This document shows positions 18,397 to 28,103 of a stretch of DNA of 64,000 bases, piece after piece. The position numbers were made by a program, and so were the translations under genes. The number at the start of each line of letters is the position of its first letter. Within the stretch, counting starts at the first letter, position 1. The notes under the pieces were generated by a model. The model was not told the DNA's origin and ran no database searches. It worked only from the letters and a program-made list of their open reading frames with translations. The stretch lies in contig JBMONL010000035.1 of the NCBI GenBank assembly GCA_049324635.1, positions 20,584 through 84,583 of the forward strand, given 5' to 3'. The DNA comes from Verrucomicrobiota bacterium (lineage in GTDB: Bacteria > Verrucomicrobiota > Verrucomicrobiia > Methylacidiphilales > Verrucolacustridaceae).

Positions 18397-18659
18397 GCGC
18401 CACAACCTAGCACAGTTTCTCAAAACCGCTAGTTCTCATTTTTTTTAGTTTTTTCAACACTCTGCTAAAGTTCAAAATCCCAAACGCCTCTCTTTACTCT
18501 CTTTGAGCCAACGCCTTGTATCGGGCAATACACATTCATTTTGCCTTGCGTTAGCAGGGCATACGTCCGTGTAATCCGTGGTCAAAAACGGGCAAAAACG
18601 TAAACAGCCTCGTAAACAAGCTTGTCAAGCGAGCGATTGGACGCTATCATATTCGGCTT

Positions 18660-19772
18660 ATGACTGATTCTCGTTTAGCACGGCAGACTGCCGAAAGGCT
18701 CATTGGTTCGAGGGCTCAATTACTAAAATTTAATTCTTTATTGGGATTCGACGGGTTTGTCGACACAATTTTTCAGGTCGTTGATCAACGCCAAACGCCC
18801 ACTAAGTACACGCCTTTTGGAACCATTAAACAATTTTCAAAAAGAATCAGCGACGCCGCCGGCAAGAGCACCAATTTCGAAATCGTCGCCACAACGGAAA
18901 AAATCGGCGGCAACGGCCCCATCATGGGTTTTGCAATGGCGACTCTCGGCGCGCCGGTGGATTACGTGGGCATGTTGGGTTTTCCTAACATTCATCCGGT
19001 GTTTGCGGAATTTGCCAAGCGTTCGCGTGTGTATAGTGTCGCCAATCCCGGCTACACCTCCGCGTTCGAATTTGCCGACGGCAAATTGATGTTCGGTCAA
19101 AACACTACCGTGCAGGAAGTCACGTGGGAAAACGTCAAAAAGCGCGTGAGCGAAAAAGTGTTCAAAAACCTATGGGCAAACGCGCATTTTATCGGAATGG
19201 TGAATTGGACTTGTCTTCCTCACATGTCCGCTCTTTGGAAAAAATTGCTTACCGAGCTTAAGCCTTCCAAACAAGACAAACGCAAGTTGATGTTTTTCGA
19301 TTTGGCGGATCCGGCAAAGCGTATCGACGCGGATTTGATCGCCGCGCTCAAAATTATCGGCGAATTTCAAGCGCTTCACGACGTGGTGTTGGGGTTGAAC
19401 GAGCAGGAAGCGCTTCATGTCGCACGCGTGCTTCGTTTGAAAGGTTCGACCAAATCGCCGAAAGATTGCGCAGGGCTCGCAGGCGGCATTCGGGAAAAAC
19501 TTGCGTTGAGCAACGTGGTGATTCATCCGCTTGAATACGCATGCGGCGCGGACGAATCAGGAGAAGTTTTTGTGCAAGGTCCTTATACGTCCAAACCCAA
19601 AATCAGCACTGGCGCGGGGGATCATTTCAACGCCGGATTTGTCCTCGGTAAACTTCTTGGCTTAAGTATGGCGCATTCGCTCCAACTCGCAGTCGCCGCC
19701 TCCGGTTTTTATGTGCGTCACGCGACTAGCCCCAATCGCGAACAACTCGTCCGCTTTTTGCAGACATTATAA
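18660..19772 (+). CDS. PfkB-family carbohydrate/nucleoside kinase-like protein
   Basis: 370 aa with the C-terminal ISTGAGDHFNAGF motif (PfkB GAGD signature). The substrate is unknown. Confidence 0.7.
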   Translation: MTDSRLARQTAERLIGSRAQLLKFNSLLGFDGFVDTIFQVVDQRQTPTKYTPFGTIKQFSKRISDAAGKSTNFEIVATTEKIGGNGPIMGFAMATLGAPVDYVGMLGFPNIHPVFAEFAKRSRVYSVANPGYTSAFEFADGKLMFGQNTTVQEVTWENVKKRVSEKVFKNLWANAHFIGMVNWTCLPHMSALWKKLLTELKPSKQDKRKLMFFDLADPAKRIDADLIAALKIIGEFQALHDVVLGLNEQEALHVARVLRLKGSTKSPKDCAGLAGGIREKLALSNVVIHPLEYACGADESGEVFVQGPYTSKPKISTGAGDHFNAGFVLGKLLGLSMAHSLQLAVAASGFYVRHATSPNREQLVRFLQTL

Positions 19773-19803
19773 TTGAGTTTGAGCATTCAGATTGGTACAA
19801 CCA

Positions 19804-19953
19804 ATGCCATTCATGAAATCCATCTTCTTTGTGGGATTGTTAAGTCTGCTTTTGTTTGGATGCGCTTCTTCCAAAAAATATCAATCCGTCGAAGATCAAG
19901 AGAGAAAACTTTATCTTGCGCCTAATATGCTTTGGTTAAGCGATGCTGAATAA
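19804..19953 (+). CDS. Possible small lipoprotein (49 aa)
   Basis: Hand-translated: MPFMKSIFFVGLLSLLLFGCASSKKYQSVEDQERKLYLAPNMLWLSDAE, with lipobox LLFGC. It is below the ORF-track size cutoff. Confidence 0.4.
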   Translation: MPFMKSIFFVGLLSLLLFGCASSKKYQSVEDQERKLYLAPNMLWLSDAE

Positions 19954-20238
19954 ATCTCGTCGTTTCAGTTCGCTAACTGCAACTTCTCACCAACAATCTG
20001 CCCGCGCTTGCTGTGTCGATCGTCGGTCGAGTGTCGTCATGACACACTCCCTCTGTCCTCCCTGCAATCGCGGGCATCTCGTTGGCGATAAGTTGCAGGC
20101 GGCACAGAATTTCTTCAAAACACTCTGACAGAGTTTTACCTTTCATGGTGAGAAATTCGGGCTAACCCAAATTTCTTACCACACGAGGTAAAAGTTGTAC
20201 AAAGTGTATGAGAGAAATTCTGTATCGCAGGCTAAGCA

Positions 20239-21105
20239 TCACTCCGGAATGCTCATGCCCGCGATGACTTTTTCAGTCTCTACTAAAATCGCCGGCAATT
20301 TATTCATAAACATTTCTTCCGTGTAGCCGTGCGCCAACAGAATCTTTTCATCGAGTTCCGTTTTGAATCCTTCTTCACCCACGCCTAAGCCTAGTTGAAT
20401 CGCCAAGTGTTTCGCCGCATGAATGTGAACGACCAAGTCGATGCTTTCCGGGCCGGCGAGCGCCGGACGCGAATAATAACATGCCACTTGCACCAAATTC
20501 GCCGGACACGCCCATGATTGCAATAATGCGCCGCCGATATCGCAGTGATCGTATCCCAATAAGGTGTGCTCCGACTCGCGCCAACTGCATCCGGTTTGTT
20601 CTTGATATTGCCGGATGGTTTCAAATTGATCAGAGCAAGCATACGCAAGCGCGAGCTTGCCGACGTCGTGCAATAACCCCGCCGTATAAGCAAGTTCAGG
20701 TTTAATTTTTTTCGATTCCTTCGCTAAAATTTCCGAAGCTACTGCCACGCACAAGGAATGCTTGGATAAATCTCCCGGCTCCCATCCGTAGCCGCCGGTA
20801 ACCGCATTTGAAAGCCATCGGGTGGCGATCGATCCTGTCGCCATACGGTACAATCCGGCAAATCCAAGCCGCAAAATAGCATCGTTGAGCGATTCGCATT
20901 GCATTGCTCCGGCAAAATACGCGGAATTCGCCATCTTCAGCGTGGCCGCCGCCAATCCGGGATCTTTCAAAATTAAATCTTCCACATCGCGCGCGTTTGA
21001 GGTTGAGCTGTCCAAAAGCTTCACGAGCTTCGGCAATAACCATGGCGAACAGGGAAGATTGCGAGCCATCTCGCATACCATTTGCATCGGCAATACTTCA
21101 TTCAT
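20239..21105 (-). CDS. HDOD domain signalling protein
   Basis: 288 aa with HD-related motifs (LLHDVGKLAL and H..D). Its start overlaps the cheD stop (ATGA). Confidence 0.8.
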   Translation of the reverse strand: MNEVLPMQMVCEMARNLPCSPWLLPKLVKLLDSSTSNARDVEDLILKDPGLAAATLKMANSAYFAGAMQCESLNDAILRLGFAGLYRMATGSIATRWLSNAVTGGYGWEPGDLSKHSLCVAVASEILAKESKKIKPELAYTAGLLHDVGKLALAYACSDQFETIRQYQEQTGCSWRESEHTLLGYDHCDIGGALLQSWACPANLVQVACYYSRPALAGPESIDLVVHIHAAKHLAIQLGLGVGEEGFKTELDEKILLAHGYTEEMFMNKLPAILVETEKVIAGMSIPE

Positions 21106-21593
21106 CGGTAGAACTCCTGTTGATTGGGCATTTTGACTTTGACGCGACCGGAACTAATCTGGAGTTTAATCGTGCGATTGAGATTTCCGCCGACCTCAAG
21201 CGCCCGCACATTAAGCCCAAGACGACTGACAATTTCGTTAAACGCCTCGACGTTTTTGACTCCAATACGAAAAAAATGATCGGCTTCCAATACTTTCGCT
21301 CCACCGAAAACTTTGAATTCAAGCGTTGCAACGTTGGCGCCGGCGGCTTGCATATCCGCGAGCAAATCTTCCATGCCGGTATCTACAAACATCGCGTGAC
21401 GATTTTTTTCCCGATCCGCCGCACGCGAACTCGGCAACATGGCATGTAATAATCCGCCAATTTTGTGTTCAGGATCAAAGGCTGTAATGCCTAAACACGA
21501 TCCTAGCGCGTATGTGGTCAAAATAATGTTGGGATCAGCTGATACTTTACAATCGCCTACGCCTACAACGATTTCTTTGCCTAAAACGTTCAT
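21102..21593 (-). CDS. cheD: Chemoreceptor glutamine deamidase CheD
   Basis: 163 aa with the CheD motifs TYALGSCLGITAFDP and GGLLHAMLP. Confidence 0.85.
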   Translation of the reverse strand: MNVLGKEIVVGVGDCKVSADPNIILTTYALGSCLGITAFDPEHKIGGLLHAMLPSSRAADREKNRHAMFVDTGMEDLLADMQAAGANVATLEFKVFGGAKVLEADHFFRIGVKNVEAFNEIVSRLGLNVRALEVGGNLNRTIKLQISSGRVKVKMPNQQEFYR

Positions 21594-21648
21594 ATCATAA
21601 TGGCCTAACGGGTGGTTTTTTCAACCTGTCAAGGGTTGTCGGCACAAA

Positions 21649-22320
21649 TCATTGCAAATTTAAGTCAGATTGTTCTGCTGGTGTAGAAAAAAAAGGAACC
21701 GTGGCAGACGAAATTGTCGGGTCATCTGTAGTTGAAGAAGTGGCGGAAGATGTTGGTGTGACGTTGGGATTTAAGCGGCCTGTTTCCAATGCCTTATGCA
21801 TAAGCGTATCTTCCCTAAAAAGAAGAATTTGCCGCTCTTGCTCGGATACAAGTCCTTTAAGTTCTTGCACTTGCTGTTCCAACTTTGCATTCGAAGTGCG
21901 CATTTCCTGATTCCATGTATCTACGCTTTCCAACTTCTTTGTTGCCTCGTTGACCTTGCGTTCTTGCTGAGAAACTTTTTCCGATAAAAGAGAAACTTTT
22001 TCCAAACTCTCTTCGCGCTCTTTCTTCAAAATCTCTTTTTCCAAATCCAACATCTTTTCAAATTCGCTTAACTTTTGACTTTGATCCAATAAATCTTCGC
22101 TCAATGTCCGAATCGAGGTTTCACGCAAAGCAATTTGTTCCGCTTGAGATGTGATTTGATTGCCCAAACTTTTTCGCGCGTTTTCTAATTGTGCTCGTAA
22201 ATCGCGCAAATTTTTTTGCTGTTGCCAAGCACTCGTCACCACAAATCCCGTAAGCGCGACAATAATTAAAATTAAAGGAATAATCGCTTTTGCTTTTCCG
22301 TTGGTTCCGTTTTTTACCAT
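21649..22320 (-). CDS. Membrane-anchored coiled-coil protein, unknown function
   Basis: One TM helix (IIPLILIIVALTGFVVT) is followed by a long heptad-rich region and an S/T-rich tail. I prefer the ATG at 22320 over the TTG at 22362. Confidence 0.6.
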   Translation of the reverse strand: MVKNGTNGKAKAIIPLILIIVALTGFVVTSAWQQQKNLRDLRAQLENARKSLGNQITSQAEQIALRETSIRTLSEDLLDQSQKLSEFEKMLDLEKEILKKEREESLEKVSLLSEKVSQQERKVNEATKKLESVDTWNQEMRTSNAKLEQQVQELKGLVSEQERQILLFREDTLMHKALETGRLNPNVTPTSSATSSTTDDPTISSATVPFFSTPAEQSDLNLQ

Positions 22321-22435
22321 GTAAAATTTAATAAAGCACAAATCATCAACAGTCGAGTTCAATTATGCATTTCCGATTTTTTTTGTGAAAATAAGTAAAA
22401 ACAATTTTGCATACCTGAGGGCGTGCGAATACGCA

Positions 22436-23314
22436 CTAAAATATTTGCGGCATGCCTTCGATGAGGAAGCGAATTTTTGGAAAAAGTCCGGCTTGAATCG
22501 CCGCTTTCATGAGGCGTTGCGGCGGCTCGTAGAGGGCCTCATAGCTCAATCGATACGTGCCCCAGTGCATCGGCACAAAAACTTTGGATTTCAATTCTAC
22601 AAAAGCTTTCAGCGCTTCTTCCGGCGACATGTGATGCTCGCGGAATGAAATCGGCTTGTAGGCGCCGATGGGCAAGAGCGCAATTTCCGGCGACAAACGT
22701 TCGCCGATTTCTTTGAAACCTTCAAAATAAGCCGAGTCTCCGCAGTGAAATATGGTTCGTTTTCCCAATTTGATCACATATCCGCCATAACCGCGCTGAC
22801 GATCCGTCAGCACGCGCGCGCCCCAATGTTTCACAGGCGTAAATGTGACATGGATACCGGGAAATTTAATCTCTTCCCACCATTGCATCTCATGGATTTT
22901 TTTGAATCCAAGATCATAAACCAAATTGCCGACGCCGTGCGGCACGACGATGGGTTGATGCGCCGAGACTTTACGCAAACTTCCGCGACTCAAATGATCA
23001 AAGTGCGCATGCGTGATGAGCACGAGATCAATATTCGGTAAATGATCGTGCAAGATGCCCGCGTGTTTGAGCCGGCGCACCATCAGGAGCCAATTTGCCC
23101 AATTCGGATCGACTAAAATATTGTGAGCGGGAGATTGAATCAAAAACGAGGCGTGCCCGATCCACGTAACGCAAATTTGCCCGGAGCGCAGTTGAGGGAA
23201 TATCGGCGCCTCATGAGGTTTTGCGCCTTTTTTACGCTGAAACCACGAGGGCAACAGCACCTCAGTGATAAAGTTTCTCTGACTCCAGTGCGGGTTCTTT
23301 GTTTTTGTTGTCAC
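22436..23314 (-). CDS. MBL-fold metallo-hydrolase (NAPE-PLD-like)
   Basis: 292 aa with the HAHFDH zinc motif and a downstream conserved His/Asp pattern. Confidence 0.8.
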   Translation of the reverse strand: MTTKTKNPHWSQRNFITEVLLPSWFQRKKGAKPHEAPIFPQLRSGQICVTWIGHASFLIQSPAHNILVDPNWANWLLMVRRLKHAGILHDHLPNIDLVLITHAHFDHLSRGSLRKVSAHQPIVVPHGVGNLVYDLGFKKIHEMQWWEEIKFPGIHVTFTPVKHWGARVLTDRQRGYGGYVIKLGKRTIFHCGDSAYFEGFKEIGERLSPEIALLPIGAYKPISFREHHMSPEEALKAFVELKSKVFVPMHWGTYRLSYEALYEPPQRLMKAAIQAGLFPKIRFLIEGMPQIF

Positions 23315-23376
23315 ATGGATATTTTACCTTAAAAACCACTCTCGCCTAATTTATTTTTTCGCTTTATTTTTCTTCA

Positions 23377-23958
23377 ATGACCAAAGAAGAGCTTCGCCAA
23401 CAAGCGCGCGCGCGCTTAAAGATGTTGACGCCGACTCAGCGTTTCGAAGCGGCCGTGTCTGCGGCGAATCATTTGATTCGTTCGGAACGTTGGTCGTCTG
23501 CGCGCGTGCTCATGCTCTATGCCGCGCTTCCTTCGGAACTGGATACGTTTCCTTTGCTCGAAGCCGCGTGGCATGCTGGGAAATCGGTTTGTTTGCCTCG
23601 TTTGACAGAAATGAAAAGCGAAATGGAAATTCGTTTTCTCACGACGATCAATCATCTCAAAGCTAATAAAATCGGCATTATGGAACCGGATCCGGATTTT
23701 TGCCCCATTATGGAACTCAATCAACTCGATCTTATCATTGTTCCCGGTCTCGCTTTTGATCGTCTCGGCAATCGTCTAGGAAAAGGCGCAGGATATTACG
23801 ACCATTTCCTCGCGCTTCCTCAACGCCATGCTCCCGCCATCGGTTACTTCTTCTCCTGCCAGGAATTCTCTTCCATTCCCATCACCGAAAACGATCAACC
23901 TCTGGATGATATCATCACTGAAAATGAAATAATTGGTTTGAAGAATTCCGTGCTTTAG
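23377..23958 (+). CDS. 5-formyltetrahydrofolate cyclo-ligase
   Basis: 193 aa with the VPGLAFDRLGNRLGKGAGYYD motif typical of MTHFS/YgfA. Confidence 0.85.
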   Translation: MTKEELRQQARARLKMLTPTQRFEAAVSAANHLIRSERWSSARVLMLYAALPSELDTFPLLEAAWHAGKSVCLPRLTEMKSEMEIRFLTTINHLKANKIGIMEPDPDFCPIMELNQLDLIIVPGLAFDRLGNRLGKGAGYYDHFLALPQRHAPAIGYFFSCQEFSSIPITENDQPLDDIITENEIIGLKNSVL

Positions 23959-23993
23959 CGGAGATGTAAAGGGGCAGAGCCTCTTTAACAACC

Positions 23994-25442
23994 TTAAGAC
24001 AAATCAATTTTAATTTTTTTGGAGATACCGAATTTTTCGATGCGTTTGCGGAGAGTGGAGCGGGTGATGCCAAGGAGTTTGGCGGCTTGGACGAGATTGC
24101 CGTTGGTTTCTTCAAGAGCGTAAGCGACGAATTCGCGCTCCATGGAGGGCAGGAGAGGGAATTTCGGATTTTTGCGCGCGTGATCGAAGATTGCGCGAAT
24201 GGCTTCGCTCAAATCAATAGCGCCGGATTTTTTTGTTTCCTCGGATTTGGAAATTTGATGCGGCGTGCCGGCGCGAATTTCCACGGGTAAATGCGAGGGA
24301 TGAATGGAATCGCCGGAACTCAACACCAACGCGCGCTGAACGCAATTTTCCAACTCGCGCACGTTTCCATGCCAAGCATAATCCTGCAGACATTGCATGG
24401 CTTCCGCGGAAACCGAAATTTTTTTGCTCTCCGTTTTTTTTGCTCTCCATTTTTTGACGAAATACGCCGTCAAAACCGGAATATCTTCTCTGCGATCGCG
24501 TAGAGGAGGCATGGGAATCGTGACGACGTTTAATCGGTAATACAAATCTTCGCGAAATTCTTTTTTCTTCACTGCTTGGAGCAAATCGTGATTGGTGGCG
24601 GCGATGATGCGCACATTCGTGCGAATCGGTGCGTTGCTTCCCACGCGAAAAATTTCTCCGTCTTGCAAAACGCGCAATAATTTTGCCTGCAATCCGATCG
24701 GCATGTCTCCGATTTCGTCCAAAAATAATGTGCCGCCGTCGCATTGTTCGAATTTTCCGATGCGTTGCATCGCCGCGCCGGTGAATGCGCCTCTTTCGTG
24801 GCCGAATAATTCGCTTTCGAGTAAATTTTCCGGAATCGCCGCACAATTGATCGCCATATAAGTCTTATTCGCGCGTCCGCTATTGGAATAAATCGCGCGC
24901 GCGACAAGTTCCTTGCCCGTGCCGCTCTCACCAGCGATCAACACCGTGGCTTCCGTCGGCGCGACTTGCCCGATAAGTTTATAAACCGTCTGCATTCCTC
25001 GCGCGTGCCCGACAATTCCCGCTCCGCTTTCGGAAACCTCGGCGGTGTCCAAAACTTTGACTTTTTCGCGCATGGCTTGCGCCGCGATGAGCGCGCGCCG
25101 CAATAATTCATGCAGGTGTTCAATATCAAAAGGCTTTAAAATATAATCAAACGCGCCGAGCTTCATCGCTTCAATTGCGGTTTGCGACGTGCCGTACGCC
25201 GTCATCATAATCACAATTTGCTTCGGGTCGAACCGTCGTAATTCCCTCAACGTATCCAACCCGCTCTCCGTCCCCATCCGAATATCCATCACCACCACAT
25301 CCGGCTTTTCTTTTTTGACAATTTTTAATCCTTCGCCGCCGCTATTCGCCGAAATCACCTCGAACGGCTCCTTCTCAAGCAACCGCTTGAACGAATAATG
25401 CACGTCCGTTTCGTCATCAATAATCAATATTTTTTGCTTCAT
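23994..25442 (-). CDS. Sigma-54-dependent response regulator (NtrC family: REC-AAA+-HTH)
   Basis: 482 aa with a receiver domain (ILIIDDE...VVMDIRMG), Walker A GESGTGKE, the GAFTGA motif, and a C-terminal Fis-type HTH. Confidence 0.92.
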   Translation of the reverse strand: MKQKILIIDDETDVHYSFKRLLEKEPFEVISANSGGEGLKIVKKEKPDVVVMDIRMGTESGLDTLRELRRFDPKQIVIMMTAYGTSQTAIEAMKLGAFDYILKPFDIEHLHELLRRALIAAQAMREKVKVLDTAEVSESGAGIVGHARGMQTVYKLIGQVAPTEATVLIAGESGTGKELVARAIYSNSGRANKTYMAINCAAIPENLLESELFGHERGAFTGAAMQRIGKFEQCDGGTLFLDEIGDMPIGLQAKLLRVLQDGEIFRVGSNAPIRTNVRIIAATNHDLLQAVKKKEFREDLYYRLNVVTIPMPPLRDRREDIPVLTAYFVKKWRAKKTESKKISVSAEAMQCLQDYAWHGNVRELENCVQRALVLSSGDSIHPSHLPVEIRAGTPHQISKSEETKKSGAIDLSEAIRAIFDHARKNPKFPLLPSMEREFVAYALEETNGNLVQAAKLLGITRSTLRKRIEKFGISKKIKIDLS

Positions 25443-25444
25443 GA

Positions 25445-25615
25445 TAGAATTTAGGAGCTTTGCTCCTAAAACCTCACTTAAGGACTACCGTCCTTAAGAA
25501 TCCTTCATAGGTGCGGGAATTTTTGCTCGCCTTTGGCGAAGCAAAAATTCCCGCACCTACGGAAGGTTCTTAGGATGGTAATCCTAAGCGGGGTTATAGG
25601 GGCAGAGCCCCTATG
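25445..25615. repeat. Array of five consecutive hairpin-forming short repeats
   Basis: The five hairpins are TTAGGAGC-ttt-GCTCCTAA; CTTAAGGAC-tacc-GTCCTTAAG; a ~24-35-bp stem TAGGTGCGGGAATTTTTGCT..AGCAAAAATTCCCGCACCTA; CTTAGGAT-ggta-ATCCTAAG; ATAGGGGC-aga-GCCCCTAT. Confidence 0.8.
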
Positions 25616-26629
25616 CTACCTATTCAAAAGTTGAAGGAAAGGCTGGATTTGTTGATTGAGTTTGGTGAAGGCATTGAAATCGACCTGCTGTTGACCGTCG
25701 CTCATGGCGGCGGTGGGGCTGGGGTGGACTTCCACGAGCAAGCCGTCCGCGCCGATGGCAACAGAGGCTTTGCACAAATCAATCACCATGTCCGCGCGTC
25801 CGCAACCTTGGCTCGGATCAACCACTACGGGCAGATGAGTTTCTTTTTTTGCAATCGCAACCGCGCCCAAATCGAGCGTATTGCGCGTGTAGGTTTCGAA
25901 AGTTCGAATCCCGCGTTCGCACAAAATCACATTGGGGTTTCCATTGGAAAGAATGTATTCCGCCGCGAGAAACCATTCCTCAATTTTCATCGACATGCCG
26001 CGTTTGAGCAAAATCGGTTTGCCTGTTTTTGCCGCGGCGGTCAGGAGCGCGAAATTCTGCGCGTTGCGCGCGCCGATCTGCAAAATATCGGCGTGCTCGG
26101 CGACCAAATCCACGTCTTTTTCCGCAAGCAACTCCGTGATAATTCCGAGGCCGGTTTCCTCTTTTGCTTTGGAAAGAAGCGATAAACCTTTTGCGCCTAA
26201 TCCTTGGAATTCGTACGGCGACGTGCGCGGTTTGAAGGCGCCGCCTCGGAGAAACGTCGCGCCTTGCTGTTTCACAAAATGCGCCGTTTCCAAAATTTGT
26301 TTTTCCGATTCCACCGAGCAAGGTCCCGCCATCATGCAAAATTTTTGACCTTCGCCGATTTGTATGCCGTTCGCCGTTACGATGGTCGGCTTCGGATGCC
26401 CTTCGCGGCTGACAAGCTTGAAGCGCTTTTGCACGCGCAAAACCGCTTCCACTTGCGGCCACGACATCAAGGTCTCGAGCGATTGATTCTTTCGCTCGTC
26501 GCCGATGGCGGCCACAACGGTTTGGATTTTGCCGACGATCGTTCTCGGCACATAGCCGAGGCGCTCCACCTCTTGGATGATTTTTTGAATGTCGGATTTG
26601 GATGTATGGGGTCTAAGTACTACTATCAT
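25616..26629 (-). CDS. 3-deoxy-7-phosphoheptulonate (DAHP) synthase, class I-beta with N-terminal regulatory domain
   Basis: 337 aa with the GPCSVES motif and a KdsA/AroG-type TIM barrel. It has an N-terminal ~70-aa ferredoxin-like extension, as in Thermotoga-type DAHPS. Confidence 0.85.
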   Translation of the reverse strand: MIVVLRPHTSKSDIQKIIQEVERLGYVPRTIVGKIQTVVAAIGDERKNQSLETLMSWPQVEAVLRVQKRFKLVSREGHPKPTIVTANGIQIGEGQKFCMMAGPCSVESEKQILETAHFVKQQGATFLRGGAFKPRTSPYEFQGLGAKGLSLLSKAKEETGLGIITELLAEKDVDLVAEHADILQIGARNAQNFALLTAAAKTGKPILLKRGMSMKIEEWFLAAEYILSNGNPNVILCERGIRTFETYTRNTLDLGAVAIAKKETHLPVVVDPSQGCGRADMVIDLCKASVAIGADGLLVEVHPSPTAAMSDGQQQVDFNAFTKLNQQIQPFLQLLNR

Positions 26630-26937
26630 GGGGAACTGCCTTTCTGGAATTGATTAAGAGGCCGATTCCCGTTTAGATCATTTGCCAATAGGCAAAAAAT
26701 CGAAACGAGGAAGGCTTAAAATAAGAAGAAACAACCATGGATGTTTGCGTCTGCAAACTCACCTGCTGTGTAAGCGATGTATGGAGTTGTTTCATGTTGT
26801 TAAGGACACACCTTAGCACAAATTCTTTTTTTTCCAATGAAAATTTTAAACAAACATAAACAAAATTATAAAAAGCGCTTGCGCGCTGTTGTGCGATGAG
26901 GCTTGACGTTATGAAAACATCAGAGAAGTTTTTGAAG

Positions 26938-27531
26938 ATGCAAGAAAAGGAGGAGTTTATTTTGGCGTCGGCATCTCCGAGGCGAAAAGCGCTTTTGGAG
27001 GAGGCAGGGTTGGTTTTTTGCATGGAGACGTCGGATATTGATGAAGTCAACGGAGGCGAGGGGATGAATCCGAAAGAAATCGTTCTTTTAAACGCCCAAC
27101 GTAAGGCGTATGCAGTGTCGGCGCGTCATGCAGGAAAAAATATTTTATCGGCGGATACGATGGTGGTTTGCGATGGAAAAATCATAGGTAAACCGGCTGA
27201 TTTGAATGAAGCGAAAAGTATATTGAATCATTTAAGCGGAAAAATGCATGAAGTATTGACGGCGGTTGTATGGCTCGCTCCGAAAAAACAAGCTTCATTT
27301 AAAGAGATCGCTTGCACAAAAGTTTTTTTTCTCCGTTTAACCGATCATCTGATTGAGGATTATCTAAATAAGGTCAATGTGCTAGATAAAGCAGGGGCAT
27401 ACGCTCTGCAAGAACACGGCGAAATGTTGATAGAAAAAATCGAAGGATCTCTAACCAACGTCATTGGATTGCCGATGGAAATAGTAGGGAAATTTTTGAA
27501 GATAGAACTTCCTTCATCGTATAATTCTTGA
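26938..27531 (+). CDS. maf: Maf-like nucleoside triphosphate pyrophosphatase
   Basis: ILASASPRRKALLEEAG and GAYALQ motifs are present. I moved the start to MQEKEEF. Confidence 0.85.
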   Translation: MQEKEEFILASASPRRKALLEEAGLVFCMETSDIDEVNGGEGMNPKEIVLLNAQRKAYAVSARHAGKNILSADTMVVCDGKIIGKPADLNEAKSILNHLSGKMHEVLTAVVWLAPKKQASFKEIACTKVFFLRLTDHLIEDYLNKVNVLDKAGAYALQEHGEMLIEKIEGSLTNVIGLPMEIVGKFLKIELPSSYNS

Positions 27532-27585
27532 CGCCAGTGTTCAAAAAAAGAAAATCTTAGATCGTTGTTCAAATAGCCCAACCAC

Positions 27586-27656
27586 GCGGGTGTGGTTCAA
27601 TGGTAGAACGTGGGCTTCCCAAGCCTGAAACGAGGGTTCGATTCCCTTCACCCGCT
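27586..27656 (+). tRNA. tRNA-Gly (anticodon CCC)
   Basis: Hand-folded cloverleaf: acceptor GCGGGTG/CACCCGC, anticodon loop TTCCCAA, T-loop GGTTCGATTCC. No CCA is encoded. Confidence 0.9.
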
Positions 27657-27668
27657 GGATGACTTCTC

Positions 27669-28103
27669 ATGAAATGGAAGATTTTTACGATTGGTAAACC
27701 TAAACTCTCTTATGCGCGCGCCGGCGCAGAAGAATATTTGGAACGTTTAGGCGAGGCGGTAGAAATCATTTCTCTTAAAGCCAGTCATTCCGAACGCGAA
27801 GCGCTTTTGATGTTGGAGAAAAGCGAGAATGCTTATCGCGTTGCGCTCGATGAAAAAGGAGAACAAATTTCCAGCGCGCAACTCGCGCAAAAAATTCAGC
27901 AATGGGAAAATCAAAATATCAAAACCGTCGCACTCTTTATTGGCGGCGCCGACGGACTTTCCGATATGCTCAAAAATGAATGCGATTGGATGTGGTCATT
28001 GGGTAAACTTACACTTCAACACGAACTCGCGCTGGTTGTGGCGTTGGAGCAAATTTATCGGGCATACGCCATTCAAAAAAACCATCCTTATCATAGAGAA
28101 TAA
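27669..28103 (+). CDS. rlmH: 23S rRNA (pseudouridine1915-N3)-methyltransferase RlmH
   Basis: 144 aa of SPOUT/YbeA family sequence (MKWKIFTIGKPK...FIGGADG...LSLGKLTLQHEL). The stop codon abuts the 3' end of the convergent tRNA-Pro. Confidence 0.85.
   Translation: MKWKIFTIGKPKLSYARAGAEEYLERLGEAVEIISLKASHSEREALLMLEKSENAYRVALDEKGEQISSAQLAQKIQQWENQNIKTVALFIGGADGLSDMLKNECDWMWSLGKLTLQHELALVVALEQIYRAYAIQKNHPYHRE

Noticed and set aside
19943-20238. 61-aa ORF (with CPPC) and a possible structured RNA in the 465-bp spacer downstream of the PfkB-like gene. This includes the long imperfect hairpin at ~20136-20205 (TTTTACCT...GTGAGAAATT...AAATTTCTTAC...AGGTAAAA).
   Set aside because: The ORF has no RBS and an Arg/Ser-rich composition. 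I could not match the region to any RNA family from memory (no RNase P, SRP, tmRNA or 6S signatures). The hairpin is most simply a terminator between convergent genes. It is worth an Rfam scan but is not supportable as a feature.
25445-25615. Possible CRISPR array. The same question applies to 34650-35110 and 42790-43500.
   Set aside because: The hairpins differ in sequence and length, there is no constant repeat/spacer periodicity, and no cas genes are in the window.
26673-27050. 125-aa ORF on the minus strand between the DAHP synthase and maf genes.
   Set aside because: It overlaps the maf 5' end, has a low-complexity Ser/Phe-rich product, and has no RBS. It is most likely non-coding divergent promoter DNA.
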